DNA of 64,000 bases. Origin: Phaeosaccion multiseriatum (taxonomy: Eukaryota > Protista > Ochrophyta, other classes). The translations under genes were made by a program, and so were the position numbers. This document shows positions 47,004 to 59,300 of this stretch, in pieces. Where the stretch lies: assembly GCA_965112735.1 (NCBI GenBank), contig OZ218952.1, positions 5,084,001 through 5,148,000 of the forward strand, given 5' to 3'. The notes below the pieces were generated by a model. It was not told the origin of the DNA. It searched no databases and was given only the letters and a program-made list of their open reading frames with translations. Position 1 is the first letter of the stretch, and each line of letters starts with the position of its first letter.

Positions 47004-48776
47004 TCATACATTAGTCATTACTGGTGGTACTGATACTGGTGGTGTTGCCTCCGCCTCTCCCCGCTTTCGCTTCTTGCTGCCCTTGTCGAGTGGGGCCTCC
47101 GCGACGTCTTTGTTGCCCTCTCTGATCAATGAATGCAGACTGCCTTCGACGGCTTCGGATCCGATCCTCTGGCGATCCCTGGTGGTGTTTGAGCCGTTGC
47201 TGTCGCCGCTGCTTCCAGCCGCCGCTGCGTACACGTGCCTCGTGTACGCAACCACCACAGAGTGCGCCAAGCTCTCGGGAATTCTCAAACACGCGTAGTG
47301 CTTTGCTTTGAGAAAGGCTCCAAATCCCTTCCAGTCCATAGCTTTGCCGTTGTAGGTCACACCTTGCCAATACTTCGGTTGCGGCGTCGCTCCGATGCAG
47401 TACCTGTGGCCGCTGTCGGCGATGCCTTTCGCGTTGAGCTGGTGAAGACCATCCCTGACCGCCCCCCCTGTCCCAGGGTCCGCCACGGCCTCCTGCCGTC
47501 CCCCTGCCCCCCTCTGCGCGGCTTCCTGCTTCTTCTGTTCGACTTTTCCCTGCAGAACATCTCCTGCATGGCGCTTCATCAAGACCGCACAGACCTTGCG
47601 CAGCTCTTTCACTGACACGTCCTCCTCCACAATCTTTTCAGGGGTCCTGGGTTCGGACGCTTGAACAGCTGTAGACGTTTGCACTTGCCTCGGAAGAATA
47701 TCGTTCACAGCTTCGCGGATGATGGAATTCACACGGGAGTCTCGCAGAGCCGTAGCCAGGACGCTGCCATTCGGGAAATTGTTAGTCACAATCTTTCGGA
47801 CCTCACTGTCTTCCGCCGCAACGATAACAATTTTCTCGCCGCAGGCCGCCAACATGGCCGCAGCGGCGTTCATTTTGCCTCTGTACTGCTTCTTTAACGC
47901 CTCCCTCTCCTGTGATGACACTGCATTGGCTTTCAGGAGCCCAAGGATTTTCTTCTGCGTCGTTCTGCGCAGGGGTGTTGGAAGAGACGTGTTGAAATCG
48001 TTACAGCAGGCGGACAGAATGAAGCTTTAAAGACGAGACAAGGCAGGCCCTTCTCACCTCTTAGTTTTTCCTCCTCTCGCGCCACTAGGGAGTGCTGACG
48101 TGGACTTCCCTGCCTCTCGGAGCACGGATCCGGAGGCAGTAGCAGAGGCAGCAGTGGCAGCAGCAGTGGCAGCAGCATGTTCCTGGGCTTTGCTAAGTTC
48201 GGCTTGACTCTCTCCGCTACCCCTTTCCAAAGCCCCCTCCGCAAGGCCCTCTGTTCCAATTGTAGTTGGTGGAGAAGGAATCCTTGATGCTGCTGCGGCG
48301 CCCCCTTCTCCTCCAAAAATCGCTGCTCCCGCTACTCCCTCAACCTCTGTTGTCGCTGGTGCTACCGCGGGTGGTGGTAATGATGACGGAGCGGCCGCCG
48401 CCCCCGGTTCGCCTCCTGGAGATGCTGTGAAATCTGTGAAATCAGACAGAGGTCCTCCCAATCCTCCCGCTCCTCCTGGTGTCGGACTTGCGGATGCCGG
48501 TGTCCTTCCCGCTCCTGTCCTCGCTGTTGTGTCTACCGGCGGTGACGGAGCCCCTCCGTTCCTTCCTCCTCCTCCTCCTCCTCCTCTCGCAGCGAGTTCT
48601 CCTTTCCCTCCCTTTCCCTTTCCCTTTCCCTTTCCCATGCTGTTTGGATTACGGGGTGCGACAGACGTTGGAGAAGGTTCCTTCCTTTGAGTGGGGGGAC
48701 CGGCGTTGCGAACATACCGTCCTAAACTTGCTTGCGTTCCGCTTCTCTCTGACCGCCGTAGCCCCGAGTCTGTCAT
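47004..48776 (-). CDS. Second transposon gene of unknown function (2 exons: 48776-48058, 47964-47004)
   Basis: Long ORFs joined in frame by a GT-AG intron. The N-half is low complexity, the C-half looks helical, and there is a KKRKR NLS-like motif. It lies inside the TIRs. Confidence 0.7.
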
Positions 48777-49816
48777 CGTTCTGGACACCGAGTGAGCTCT
48801 CAAGGAGTACTATGTGGGTGGGGGGGGGATGGTGGATGCTCGAATCCGCGTGTACGCCAGCCTGTCCCCTGCGCTCAGTCGTGGCTCCGACTTGAGACCA
48901 CCCCTCGTGCTCTCGACACGAATAAGCCTTAGCTAATGTCGCGACCACATGCTGCTCTCGACACGAAACCACACTCAAAACCCTTACCTAAATGAGAAGA
49001 AAGTAACACAGGAGGAATGTCATGAGCCCATATGCCTGAAAAAAATGGTAGTAAGTCAGCAAAATTCGGCGGTTTGGCAAAAAACACAAAAATGATATGG
49101 AACCGCGAGAGAGGCATTCAGGGTGCCCATTCCGCTTTCAATGCAGACAGAGGGGGGCAGAGGAGGAGAGGGAAAAAGAGAGCGCAAGTGCGCGAGAGAG
49201 GAAACGCAATCCGGAGGGGATAGCTCACGTCCAAGCACAGAGCAGCACGTTTTTAGCTGTTAACAATGCCAGATCTTTCATTACCCCCCCGCCTGCGAAC
49301 CGGCGTGGAGACAGAGAAGGAGGAGCCTTTGGAGCGCAGGCAAGGAGTGCTGCTGCGGGGTGGGAGAGAGGCTGTGCTGCGGATACTGCAGCATGGGGAC
49401 CCCAGCGGGGGGGAGGACGATAGTGGCGATTCCATTCACCAGGCGGCTCCGACCACAACAGCAGAGGATAAGGGAGACCTCGGTGAGTCCCGGTCACGCG
49501 AGAGATAGATAGAGAGAGAGAGAGAGAGAGAGTTCGCAGGGAGGCTTGAAGTACTCCGCAGCGTGTGAAGTGTGCGTGCGGTGGGGATAGAGAGAGGCTG
49601 GGCCTGTTGTCTGTGCCGGAACAAGGGTCGTCTCTTGTCAAACTGTTATAATGGCTTGTTGTCAGGGCTTCTTCAGTGAGAGCTTGTGCATGCTTACGAA
49701 AATTTTCTCTCTCTCTGTGGACGCAAGAAGCCCCGTGGCGAATCTCTCCCTTCTCTTTCCTCTGCTTTTGCCTGGCCTGGAGCAGCCACCCCTGAGCGAC
49801 AACGCTTAACTCTAGA

Positions 49817-52170
49817 GTGATAATGACTGTGCATGTTCGCTCCCTTTCCTCCTCCTCACTCCTCCACCCGGGACGAGCAGATGAGGAAGAGGTGCTGGTG
49901 GACTACTGGGGTCCTGTGGCCAGACTACCTGGGGATTCCTTCGACGCTGGCAACGACTCCGCGGATGAGCAAGTGCCAAGGACGACGGATACTTCTCCTT
50001 GTGAATGCGACGAGAGCTCCCTATCGGAGAGGGATAGGGAAGAGCTTGACAGGGCAGGAATGGGCCTCATGTGCGACAGGGAGTGCGCCGCAGACTCACC
50101 CACCATTAGCACCATGTACGAGTGTGTGCGAGCACGAGCAGGATCAAGAGAGGCGCTTTCTTTCTTTCTTTCTTTGCCTGCCTCTCCTCGGTGGGGAGTA
50201 CAGATGCCCCACCGCCCTTCCTTGGTGCAAGGAAGGAAGGAAGGAAGCAAGCAAGCAACCCTCAACCGTCCCCCCCCCCCCCCACGCTCTCCTCTTGCTC
50301 TGCCCTCTCTCAGCTGGTGCGGCAACTTCGGTCTGGATATCCTCTGTCGCGTCTGCTGGACATCTGAGGGGGCGGATCAGTACCTATCCAGGAACCCTTC
50401 CGTAACGTGCGAGCAGCTGAGCCTCTGCCCCGACGCCTCCTGTGGGCTGCCCCTGCCCCTGCCCCCGTCCCAGCCAGTGCCGCCGCCTGAGGAGGAGGAG
50501 GAGGAGGAGGAGGAGGAGGAGGAGGAGGAGGAGGAGGAGGAGGAGGAAGAGGCGGAGGAGGGGCCCAGAGGGGAGGACTCTGAGCCGGCCTGCGCGTGCG
50601 ACTTGGACTCGCTCACAGATGCCAACAGAAGCATCCTGAATGACAAGCTGCTGCAAGTCTACTGCGACGGAAATTGCATCGAGGGGGTGGAGCGAGAGGA
50701 TGCTGACACTCCCTCCTCCGGACTGTGAGTGGGGACTCAGATTGGCCTCCTGAGTCGAGGATGGGGCGGGGGTAGGGGTGGGGGGAGTGTCAGGACCTGG
50801 TACGGCGCTGCTGAGTGCTGTGAGGACGCCTCCGACAAGGACAAGAAGCAACCTCAAGGGAGGAGGATGCCGTACCCATAGTACCCCAGACCCTGCTGCT
50901 GGCGTTCCTACGATATCGACCCTCGCTCGCTCCTGCCCCCCCCCCTTACCCCCCCCCCCCCCTTCTCTCTGCTTGCCTCCTTGCCACCGTTATCCTTCCC
51001 CTCTATTTCCTTTTGCTCCTTCGTAAAGGTGGTGCAATATCTATGGCATGGGAGCCGCTTGCAGAGGTGAGAGGGGTGCGAGCACGTGTATACAAGTAGC
51101 CATTTATCAACTCATGTCAATGCGCGTCAATGCTCTGGCCCTGCCTCTTCGTACCTCGCCACTCCATGCCTGCCCGCGTCTCCATCCTGCGTGGAAGCCC
51201 TCACCGTGAGTTTGCCCTCTCCCCGCTGCCCCGCTGCTTGTGACCGCAACAACAACAGGCTGCTACGGTCCAGAGGGCGTGTCACGCTACCTCTCGTCAC
51301 ACCCCTCGGACCCCTTGTGCGAGGAGGTGGTGCTCTGCCCAGGTGTGCCCTGCGAAGGCTCAGACGAAGGCGACGGAGAGACTTCGGGGTTGTTCCTTAC
51401 TCCCTTCGAAACATACGCTCCAACCCAAGCCCCGGCGTTGACCCCAGCCCCCACCCCGGCACCGTTCCCGAGCCCAACGGCCCTCCCCACCCCCGCCCCC
51501 ACCTCAGCCCCCACTCTCTCCCCTGAATCGCCTGTGCCTGGGCCAGCACCTATGGCCTATGTGCCAACGCCTGCGCCTGTAACGGAGGATAGAGACATCC
51601 CAACGGGGCCCTTGCCGCCGCCGGAGGAAGGGCAACCCGAGGGGGACACGGGACAGACTTTCGAGACCGTCTCTCCTGTCGGTTACTTTCCCACATACGC
51701 ACCCACGCCGTCCCCTCTGGTGGAGGATGGGCTCCCTCCCGGACCGGTGCGGAAGGACGATAGCGACGATAGCGACGATTCCGGGGATTGTGAGACGGCG
51801 TCTGACTGCCTCACGCGCACCAACGCAGAGGCCAGGGAATGTGAGTGATGGTTCATTGACTTATTGAGGCTTATGGATGGGGACTGTGAGCGATGATCGG
51901 TAGAGGCATACACACGCACATAATATGCGGGTATGTGTATGTACGGTCAGGAGCAAGACGGCCCCGCTTCTCTTCTCTGATACCCTCTACCGCATTGTGG
52001 ACCTCTCCGCCTGTCCCTCCCTCCCTCCCGCCGTCTGCTGCCATGTGGTGCCATCCACAGACCTGGAGAGAGAGTTCAAGATGCTGTTCTGTGACCCCTC
52101 GTGCTCGGAACAGGAGACTTCCCGGGGGGGCGAGGCGTGCGGCGCCTTCGGGCTGCCCCGCAACTGCAGG

Positions 52171-52202
<32 letters not shown>

Positions 52203-52659
52203 TGAATGTGACCCCGTCGTTCTCCTTCCTCTCTCCTTCACTGTCTGCACGGAGGGTGCTTTACCCTGCCTTCCTTACCTGCCCCGTACGCCTCCATCCA
52301 GGCTGTGCTTCACCAGCAAGGCCGCGGAGCTCCTCCTCGTACAAGACAGCTCTGCCCAGTGCGGCGTGGACTTACTCATGTGCAAAGGGGAGGAGGCATG
52401 CACTGCCATCCAGCAACGCGTGCTGCTGGCGAGGAGCTTGGAGGCCGCTGACCCTGGCCGTATGCCCCAGGCTTTCGTGGGCGTGATCTTCGCTGCCGCG
52501 GTGATTTCAGCGGGTGCCGTCGTAATGCTCTTCAATAGGAAAAAGCGGCGACGCAAGAAGAACGAGGCCGCGGCCGCCGCCGCCGCAGCAGCAGCAGCAG
52601 CAGCAACTACAGCAGCTGGCCATACAGCTGCAGCTGGTGAGACAAAGGCTTCGGCGTAG
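49817..52659 (+). CDS. Type I membrane protein with three Cys-rich modules and a TxAP mucin-like spacer; start not resolved
   Basis: Three C-D-x2-C...C-x3-G-x4-5-CR-x-C modules, TYAPTQAP/TYAPTPSP repeats, and TM VIFAAAVISAGAVVMLF followed by NRKKRRRKK. Confidence 0.7.
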
Positions 52660-53917
52660 ATGAGGGTAGGAGGGAAGGGAGCTAGGCAGAGGTGTACGGG
52701 CAGACAAGACAGGCGTATGAGAGGCCCTCATCGCGAGAAGAGCGGTCGGAAGTCCACACCCATCCCCCCTTGCTATGCCGGCTCGGAGTCAACACCAGAC
52801 GTCGGCCGATTTCCTCGAGGAGAGCAGAGGCGCCTGGCTGTGCCTGGCTGCCGTGCTCCCAGTTTTGCTGTTGGGTCTTTTGGGTCGTATCACACTACTG
52901 TTTCCTATACGATATGGTTGGCTGTTAAAAGGTCACCCTGGAGGTTAGATACCTCTGGAGGTGAAACCGTCATCCTGTAACAGTAAAATGTAAAATGCAT
53001 ACTTATTACTACGTAGTCCGCACACTACGATTCGAGTCCAGCGACGATCGTACTCGGTGCTCAAGCTGTGCTCGTGTCCGACAGAGCCGTCACTAGAAGC
53101 GAGGATGTACATAATACATACATAAAGCCGCGTTGTTGGCTGCGTACATAATACATACTACAAGTACATAAAGCCGCGTTGTTGGCTGCTCTGCGGGTGC
53201 TGCCCTTCGAGAGAGACGAAAGAGGGAGGGAGAGAGATGCGAGCGAGGCCGGACTGCTCCTACCGCCTCGCTGCCTTATGTCAACAGCGGCTGTGGAGGG
53301 GGCAAGCTGACGTGAAACGTGGAGCCCAGCCCGTATGCCTGAGCAGTCTCTGTCCCCACCTCCTTGGGCCCTACTGAAGGTCAGGAGGCCCAAGAAATCC
53401 CACCAGGAGTGCTCCGAGCTCCCTTTAACGGCCGCTGCTGATGGCAGTGGTCATTCATCCGAGCAAATCAACGGCGGTGGCCTCAGTCAGTCAGTCGACT
53501 GGGCAGGCCTCGCTCGCCTCCACCATGCTCTGTTTCTCTCTCTCTCTCTCTCTCTGTTGCTACCGTGTTGGTATCTCTTTTCTCTAACCCCCCGCTTTTC
53601 CATGGCTCCCCACCGAGGCCTGAGAGACCCCGCCCCGCGTTGCTCCCATCGAGAGGGTCGGAAACCAAAGGCAAAACGCTCTTCTCGTTCTGCCTCCCCC
53701 ATGCCACACAGACTGGCAACAAACCGCCCCAACGGGACACCCGAGAGCGTCCAAAAGTGCTGCGCCTCCGAGCGCGTAGACCGCACCCCCCCGCTGTATA
53801 GCTGTCTATTATCTACCCATCTGTCTGCCTGTCTGCCCATCGATCTGCCTATGTGCCCATCTGTCTTCCTGTCTGCCCACCCACGACCCCTGCCCCCCCG
53901 GCGCCACCCTCAACCCC

Positions 53918-55681
53918 CTACGATACCCCCCCCCCCTTCTCCTCCTTGGCCGCTCGCTTGGCCATCATGCCGAAGAGCAACTTGGGGGCGAGTGTCCGTA
54001 ACGCCACCCCCACCCTCACCTTGAGCGGTGCGAGGATCATCTCATCCCTACCGCTGCTGCAGCCTGCCCAGACCTGGCGCGCAACTGTTTCAGGCTCCTC
54101 CCCCGCGGCGGTGGTAGCGTCCATCTGCCCGTGTCTTTTCACGGCAGGGACAGAGAGAAGGGAGAGGCGGAGGAGGGTCGGAGAGGAGGGAGGTGTGGGG
54201 GTAAATGTGTTAGACCTCCGTGCTTGCTGCGAAACGCCTGCGTGCAGTGCCGTCAAGCCTGCTCTCGGCCCCGGCCCTACTCGACGCTCTCTCCACACGC
54301 CCTCACCCTGCTCTGCCCGGCCAGCCCCGGCTCTACATACACGAAGTCACATAAGTCACAGAGAGTCACAAGCGTCACTTAAAACTTCAATACGTGACGT
54401 ACTTGGTCCCGTCTGCAGTGACGGCGTTGAGGCTGAGGCTTGTCTTGATGTAGCCCGGGAACACGCTCGTAACTCGGACGCCCCTGCTGGCCAGCTCAGC
54501 GCGGAGAGAGTCGAAGTAACCGCACAGGGCGTGCTTGGAGGCGGCGTAGGCCGTGCGGTTGGAGATGCCCAGCTTGCCCTGTGTGTGCGCGTTGGTGGGG
54601 AGGGGGGGGGATGAGAGAGGAGAGGAGGACGCACCCAAGTCTTCTGATCAACACCCCCCTCTCCGTCCGCTCTGTGCACAGAGAGAGACAGACACTGCCT
54701 TCCCTCTCTTCCTCCCTGTGCGCTGCTCTGCACCACTCTCTTAACCTCACCTGCACGCTGTTGGTGAGCACGATGAGCCCCTGCCCCCTCTCCACCATGC
54801 CCGGCAGCACCTCCCTGGCGAGCACCACGGGGCTGTAAAAGTTGACATTCATGACGTCCTGTAGCACCGAGGGAGGCGTGGCCAGCGCCGATGCCCTGGT
54901 GGACACCCCCGCGTTGTTGCACAGCACATCCACTCGCCCATATGCCTCCAGCGCCCGCGCAGCGCCTTTGCGCACGGGCCCCCCGTCGCTCACATCTCCA
55001 AGCTCGAAGGTCACCACTGTCACATTCTCGCTCGTAAGGTGTGGGTTGGTGGCCAGGCACTCCTTCTTCACCTCCTCGAGCCGCTCGGCCCGTCTGCCGC
55101 TGAGGATGAGCCCTGCGAGGGGTGCCTCTGCCGCTACCTTGGCTAGCTGCTCGCCCAGCCCGCCCGACGCGCCCGTCACCCACACCACCTTACCCTCCAA
55201 AAACTGTACGTGGGCTCTCCTGCTGCTCAGCATGCGGCCCGAAAGTGGAAGTTGCGTGGCAAAAGGGAACAGGGGAAGGAAGGGAGGGGGTGAGAAGCGA
55301 GCCCTGATTCAAGGGGATAGGATACACCACATCCCCTGTTAACCAAAGGGGAAGAGAGGGCTGAGTGAAGTCATGTACCGTGCATCATAGAGGCCTCGAA
55401 GGACAAGAGCCTCCGTCCCCACCCCCATCGCCATTCCCTGACCATCACCGCCATCCCTCCTGGCATCACCTCGCATGCTTGGTAGGAACGCTGCGGTACG
55501 AACCCTCACTACCACCGCCCCTGCGAGCACCAGGAAGGGAGACCGAGGGCGAGGAGAGGAGAAACGACTGCGCTTGGCTCACGAGGAGGAGCAGCAGAAG
55601 GAAGAGCAGTGGGCATCTCGCACATTCAACTCTCCCCTGCCGTGGCTTTTGCTGCTGCTTTTGCTGCTGCTTCTTCTCCAT
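53918..55681 (-). CDS. Short-chain dehydrogenase/reductase (DHRS7-like) with an N-terminal hydrophobic targeting segment
   Basis: VVWVTGASGGLG (TGxxxGxG), NNAG, SVQG, YAASKHA (YxxxK) and PGYIKT; GT-AG introns. Confidence 0.9.
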
Positions 55682-56383
55682 CTCGGCTGTACGCAGCTGC
55701 GGCTTCTCTTACTTCCTCCGGATCCCCGTGGAGGCTCCTTCTTTCAACAGCGATGAACACCGCGGGCCAGAGCCAGGCACACTCCCTCAATCAGAGCACT
55801 TGCCTTTTCGCGTGCTTCAGTGTCCCCACCAGGCGCAAGAGGAGTCCCCCGACCAGGGCTGCCGCGGCGGTCGCGACGACGGCTTCGTTCCCTTCCCCGC
55901 CAAGGCCCCACATTCTTCTCTTGTTCTCTACACGCTACGATAATATATTGATTCTCCGTTTTGCTGAGGTGGGCAATCCAATGGGCAGCGGAAGTCAATG
56001 GCCCTGACGCATGCAAGATGACCTCATGATTACTTTATGTGCATCGCGACCACCATCTCACCACACACACAGGGATCGTAGGGTTGGGAAAAGGGCTGCT
56101 TGCTCGGTTCCTTTATCCAGAGGCGGGGCTGCCACGCACTTGCTCCTGTTACTTTATCCAGGGGTGGGGCTGCTACGCTTGAGCAGGAGGAGCCCATAGA
56201 CAGCCAGCAGCAACAGCGCAAACAGGGAGAGCCATGGGGGAAAGAGATGGAAAGCAAGCTCTGAAGTCGATCGCCATCAACCTCTGGAGCATTGTAAGTT
56301 CAAAGGTCTGCTGCTGTACCCTCGCATCCCGCTGGGGGCAGGCTGCAGGAGCAGGGACTTCAAGCCCCCCTCGCTTGGCGTCG

Positions 56384-59300
56384 ATGGCTGATCTCTGCGC
56401 CGCAGCAGTCGAGGCGATGATGGGAGGCTACCGCGAGGAGACAGGCGTATGCTCCCTTTGCTCGACTTTGACCGTTTCCTCTCTCTAAGCCCCCCATTTC
56501 CCTCTGTTTCTCCCTGTTGCTGCCTGCTGCTCGGTGCTTTTCCTCCCTCTCTCCGGGAGCGCAGTACACCATACTCATTCCGATCCTCCTCATCCTCTAC
56601 ACACAGTACCTCTGGTGAGTGCGCGCGGTAAGGAGATCAGGGACCCTCTTTCTTGATAGGGGTGGGTCGTCAGTCCTTCCTCTTCGCTACAGGAATGGAC
56701 TCAGCCAGGTCGCTGAGTCGGCTTAGTCGGGCTGCTTCCCGAGCTTCTCGTATAGCCCCATTCCCACGCCCCCCCCTACCACGCACCCTGACCTCGCTCG
56801 AACCCCCCACCACACGTGCACGTACACACAACCGCGCGTATTACCAGGGAACTGATCGAGGCGTGGGTGTGCTTAAGCGGTCTGACGCTGCTCCTCCCTC
56901 CCCTGGGGTGGTGGCGACCGCACCCCTACAGTGACTATGCGGCTAACAGGAGGGGTGGCGCGTAAGGAGGAGAGAAGGAGAGGAGCCTTGACGGAAGGGC
57001 GCCGCATGTGTAGCGGATAGGAAGACTATTGAGGCCGCAAGGACTGACTGACCGACTGACAGACAGACAGACAGACAGACGCATGGGCACAGAGACGGAG
57101 AGAGGCATTTTTTTCATCGAGGAGACTTGCAGCCAGCAGCAGGACTCCCCGAGAGAGGGGGGGAGAGGGGAGGAATTGTGGATGCCCGACCAGACTGGGC
57201 TCAAGTGCTGGCCCAGTCAGGGTGACCTTGCGCCAGTCAAGTCAAAGTCCACCCACTGGCGAGGCAGGCTGCAGCGTCGGTGGTTCCACGGCGCACTTAT
57301 TATTCTCTGTACAGGTTAGCGCAGTCGTGCGCTCGCCATTTGCCACTCCGTAACCGGGCACGCGAGCTCCAGTGCAGTAGTGTGGTAGCGCGAGCGGAGA
57401 AGTGTCCCCCCCCTCCAGTGTAGAAGCAAGCAAGGGGAGGTGGTCACAGAGGTATCATACTATAGAGGAAAGGAGAGGATGGTGTGTGATAAGCGCATCA
57501 TGTGATGTGGAGCGCTTGCAGGTGCAATATCAATGATGTAATCGTTGCAGTGTACCAGAGGGGAGATACACACGTACGTGTGTGTGACGTGTTTGTGTGT
57601 GTGTGTGTGCTACTTGGCCCCCCTGGGCGAGATGAGGGACGGCCGAGCCGGCCCCTCGTTGAAGCCGTCACAAGCGCGAGTGGTCATTTCCCCCCCCCTC
57701 ATGAAAATGAAACTGCCATGCGCCATCCGAAGGCGGCCACTACACCCTCGTCCCTTTTCTCTCCCCCCCCCCGTCCTCCCACTGTTAAGCTCCTAGGAGT
57801 CTATAGTAGTCTAGGAGACAGGAGGTGGGAGGTTCAGGCGCAGCGTGTGGCGAATCTTCCTATCCTCAAGCAGGGCAATTAAATGACTTCCTCCCCTCGA
57901 CAGCGACAGAGCGACGAATTCGAAGGCGTGTTCGACGCAGAAGACCTTGCCCTGACCGAGATTTGGCACAGGTGAGGTAGAGCGAGGGTATTCCTGCCTG
58001 CTCCATCTACGTGGTTTGCTGCTGCTCTGGTTGCATTATCCCTTTCTCCTTCTCCTGGTGATTACAGTTGGGATAGTACCCCACAAAAGGAGAGGGGGGG
58101 TGGACCAAGGGTGAGAAGCGTCCTACGCCTTGAGCTTGCGTTTGTTTCACTTCAGAGCTCTCTTCCTGTCTCGAGTGGCTAGACACTGCGCATAGCTGCT
58201 GCTTTTGATAGGGTGGCATGTCTTTCCGGCCGACTTGTTGCCTCTCATGAACGTTGACCCTTTCTCTTTGGCCTGGCTGGACCCGTCTACACCGCAGGCT
58301 GGGAGGAGAGGGCTGGCGGACAACAAGAGGCTGGGAGGCGGTCAGCAGCCTCCCTCGGGCCCCGTCCCCGCGCCCCATCCCAGTACGGAGCCAGGGTCTC
58401 AGCCCGAAGCGAGACGCCGCCCGTGCGGCTTCTCCCTACGGCTCTCCCAAGGGCGCTGCAGCCCGAGGAGGCGGCTCTCCCGTCAACCCCTTCGCCCCTC
58501 CTCCTTCCGAGGCTACTGACCCCGCCTTACCCCCTGCCGTCTCCCGTGGGGAGGAGGAGGAGGAGGAGCAGGGCACTCTAGCAGGCGTGTCGCTCACGGA
58601 CACAGGCGACTTGTCCTCCTCCGCGTCGGCGTCAGAGCCAGTGTCCCTGAGCCGCTCCGTCAGACGGAAGAGCAGGCAGAAGCAGGTCGAGGGAGAGGTT
58701 GATAGTCCTGGACCTGGTCGTAGTCGGAGCGCCTCCCCTAACCCCTTCCGCCCGGCCTCGCCCAGCCCCTCCTTCGCGCAGGGGGCAGAGCGGACAGAGC
58801 AGACAGATGGGGCAGAGGAGACGCCGGCCAAGACGGGTCGGAATATGTCACTGCGCAGCAAGAGCTCGGCGAACCCTTTCTCCCCTGAGAACAGCACACA
58901 CTTGCAGGAAGATGGCAGTGGAAGGGGGGGCGGGGCGGAGGCCGAGGGGCACAAGAGGCTGTCTACCAACAACCCCTTCTCCTCTTCTGCTGCTGTATCA
59001 CCAACTGCTGCTGCTGCTGCTGCTGCTGCCGCGTCGGACGGCTCCTTGAGGCTGGGATCACCGTTTCGTAGGAAAATCCAGCAGCAGCAGCAGCAGCAGC
59101 AGCAAGAGCAGCAGCAGTCGTCACCCAGGCAACAGCCGCTGCAGCTGTCATCCAGGCAGCAGCAGCTGTCGCCAAGACATCGCACCCGCGGGCGAGACGG
59201 CGGTCCCCGGCAGACCGGTCACGCCATGTTCGGCATTCAGTTTGACAGGTGCGTACGAGCGTGCGTGCGTGCGTGCGTGCGTGCGTGCCGAGCGGGTGCA

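Larger units (their letters stand above)
39170..48993. mobile_element. KDZ (Kyakuja-Dileera-Zisupton)-type DNA transposon, ~9.8 kb, with ~156-bp TIRs
   Basis: TIRs 39170-39326 and 48838-48993 are near-perfect reverse complements. The flanks gagaagaa(g) at 39161-39169 and gagaagaa(a) at 48994-49002 suggest an 8-9-bp TSD. The element encodes a KDZ transposase with Ulp1 and a second gene. Confidence 0.9.

Noticed and set aside
52700-53850. ORFs between the Cys-rich gene and the SDR
   Set aside because: No domain signal or coding-like composition; probably UTR or intergenic.
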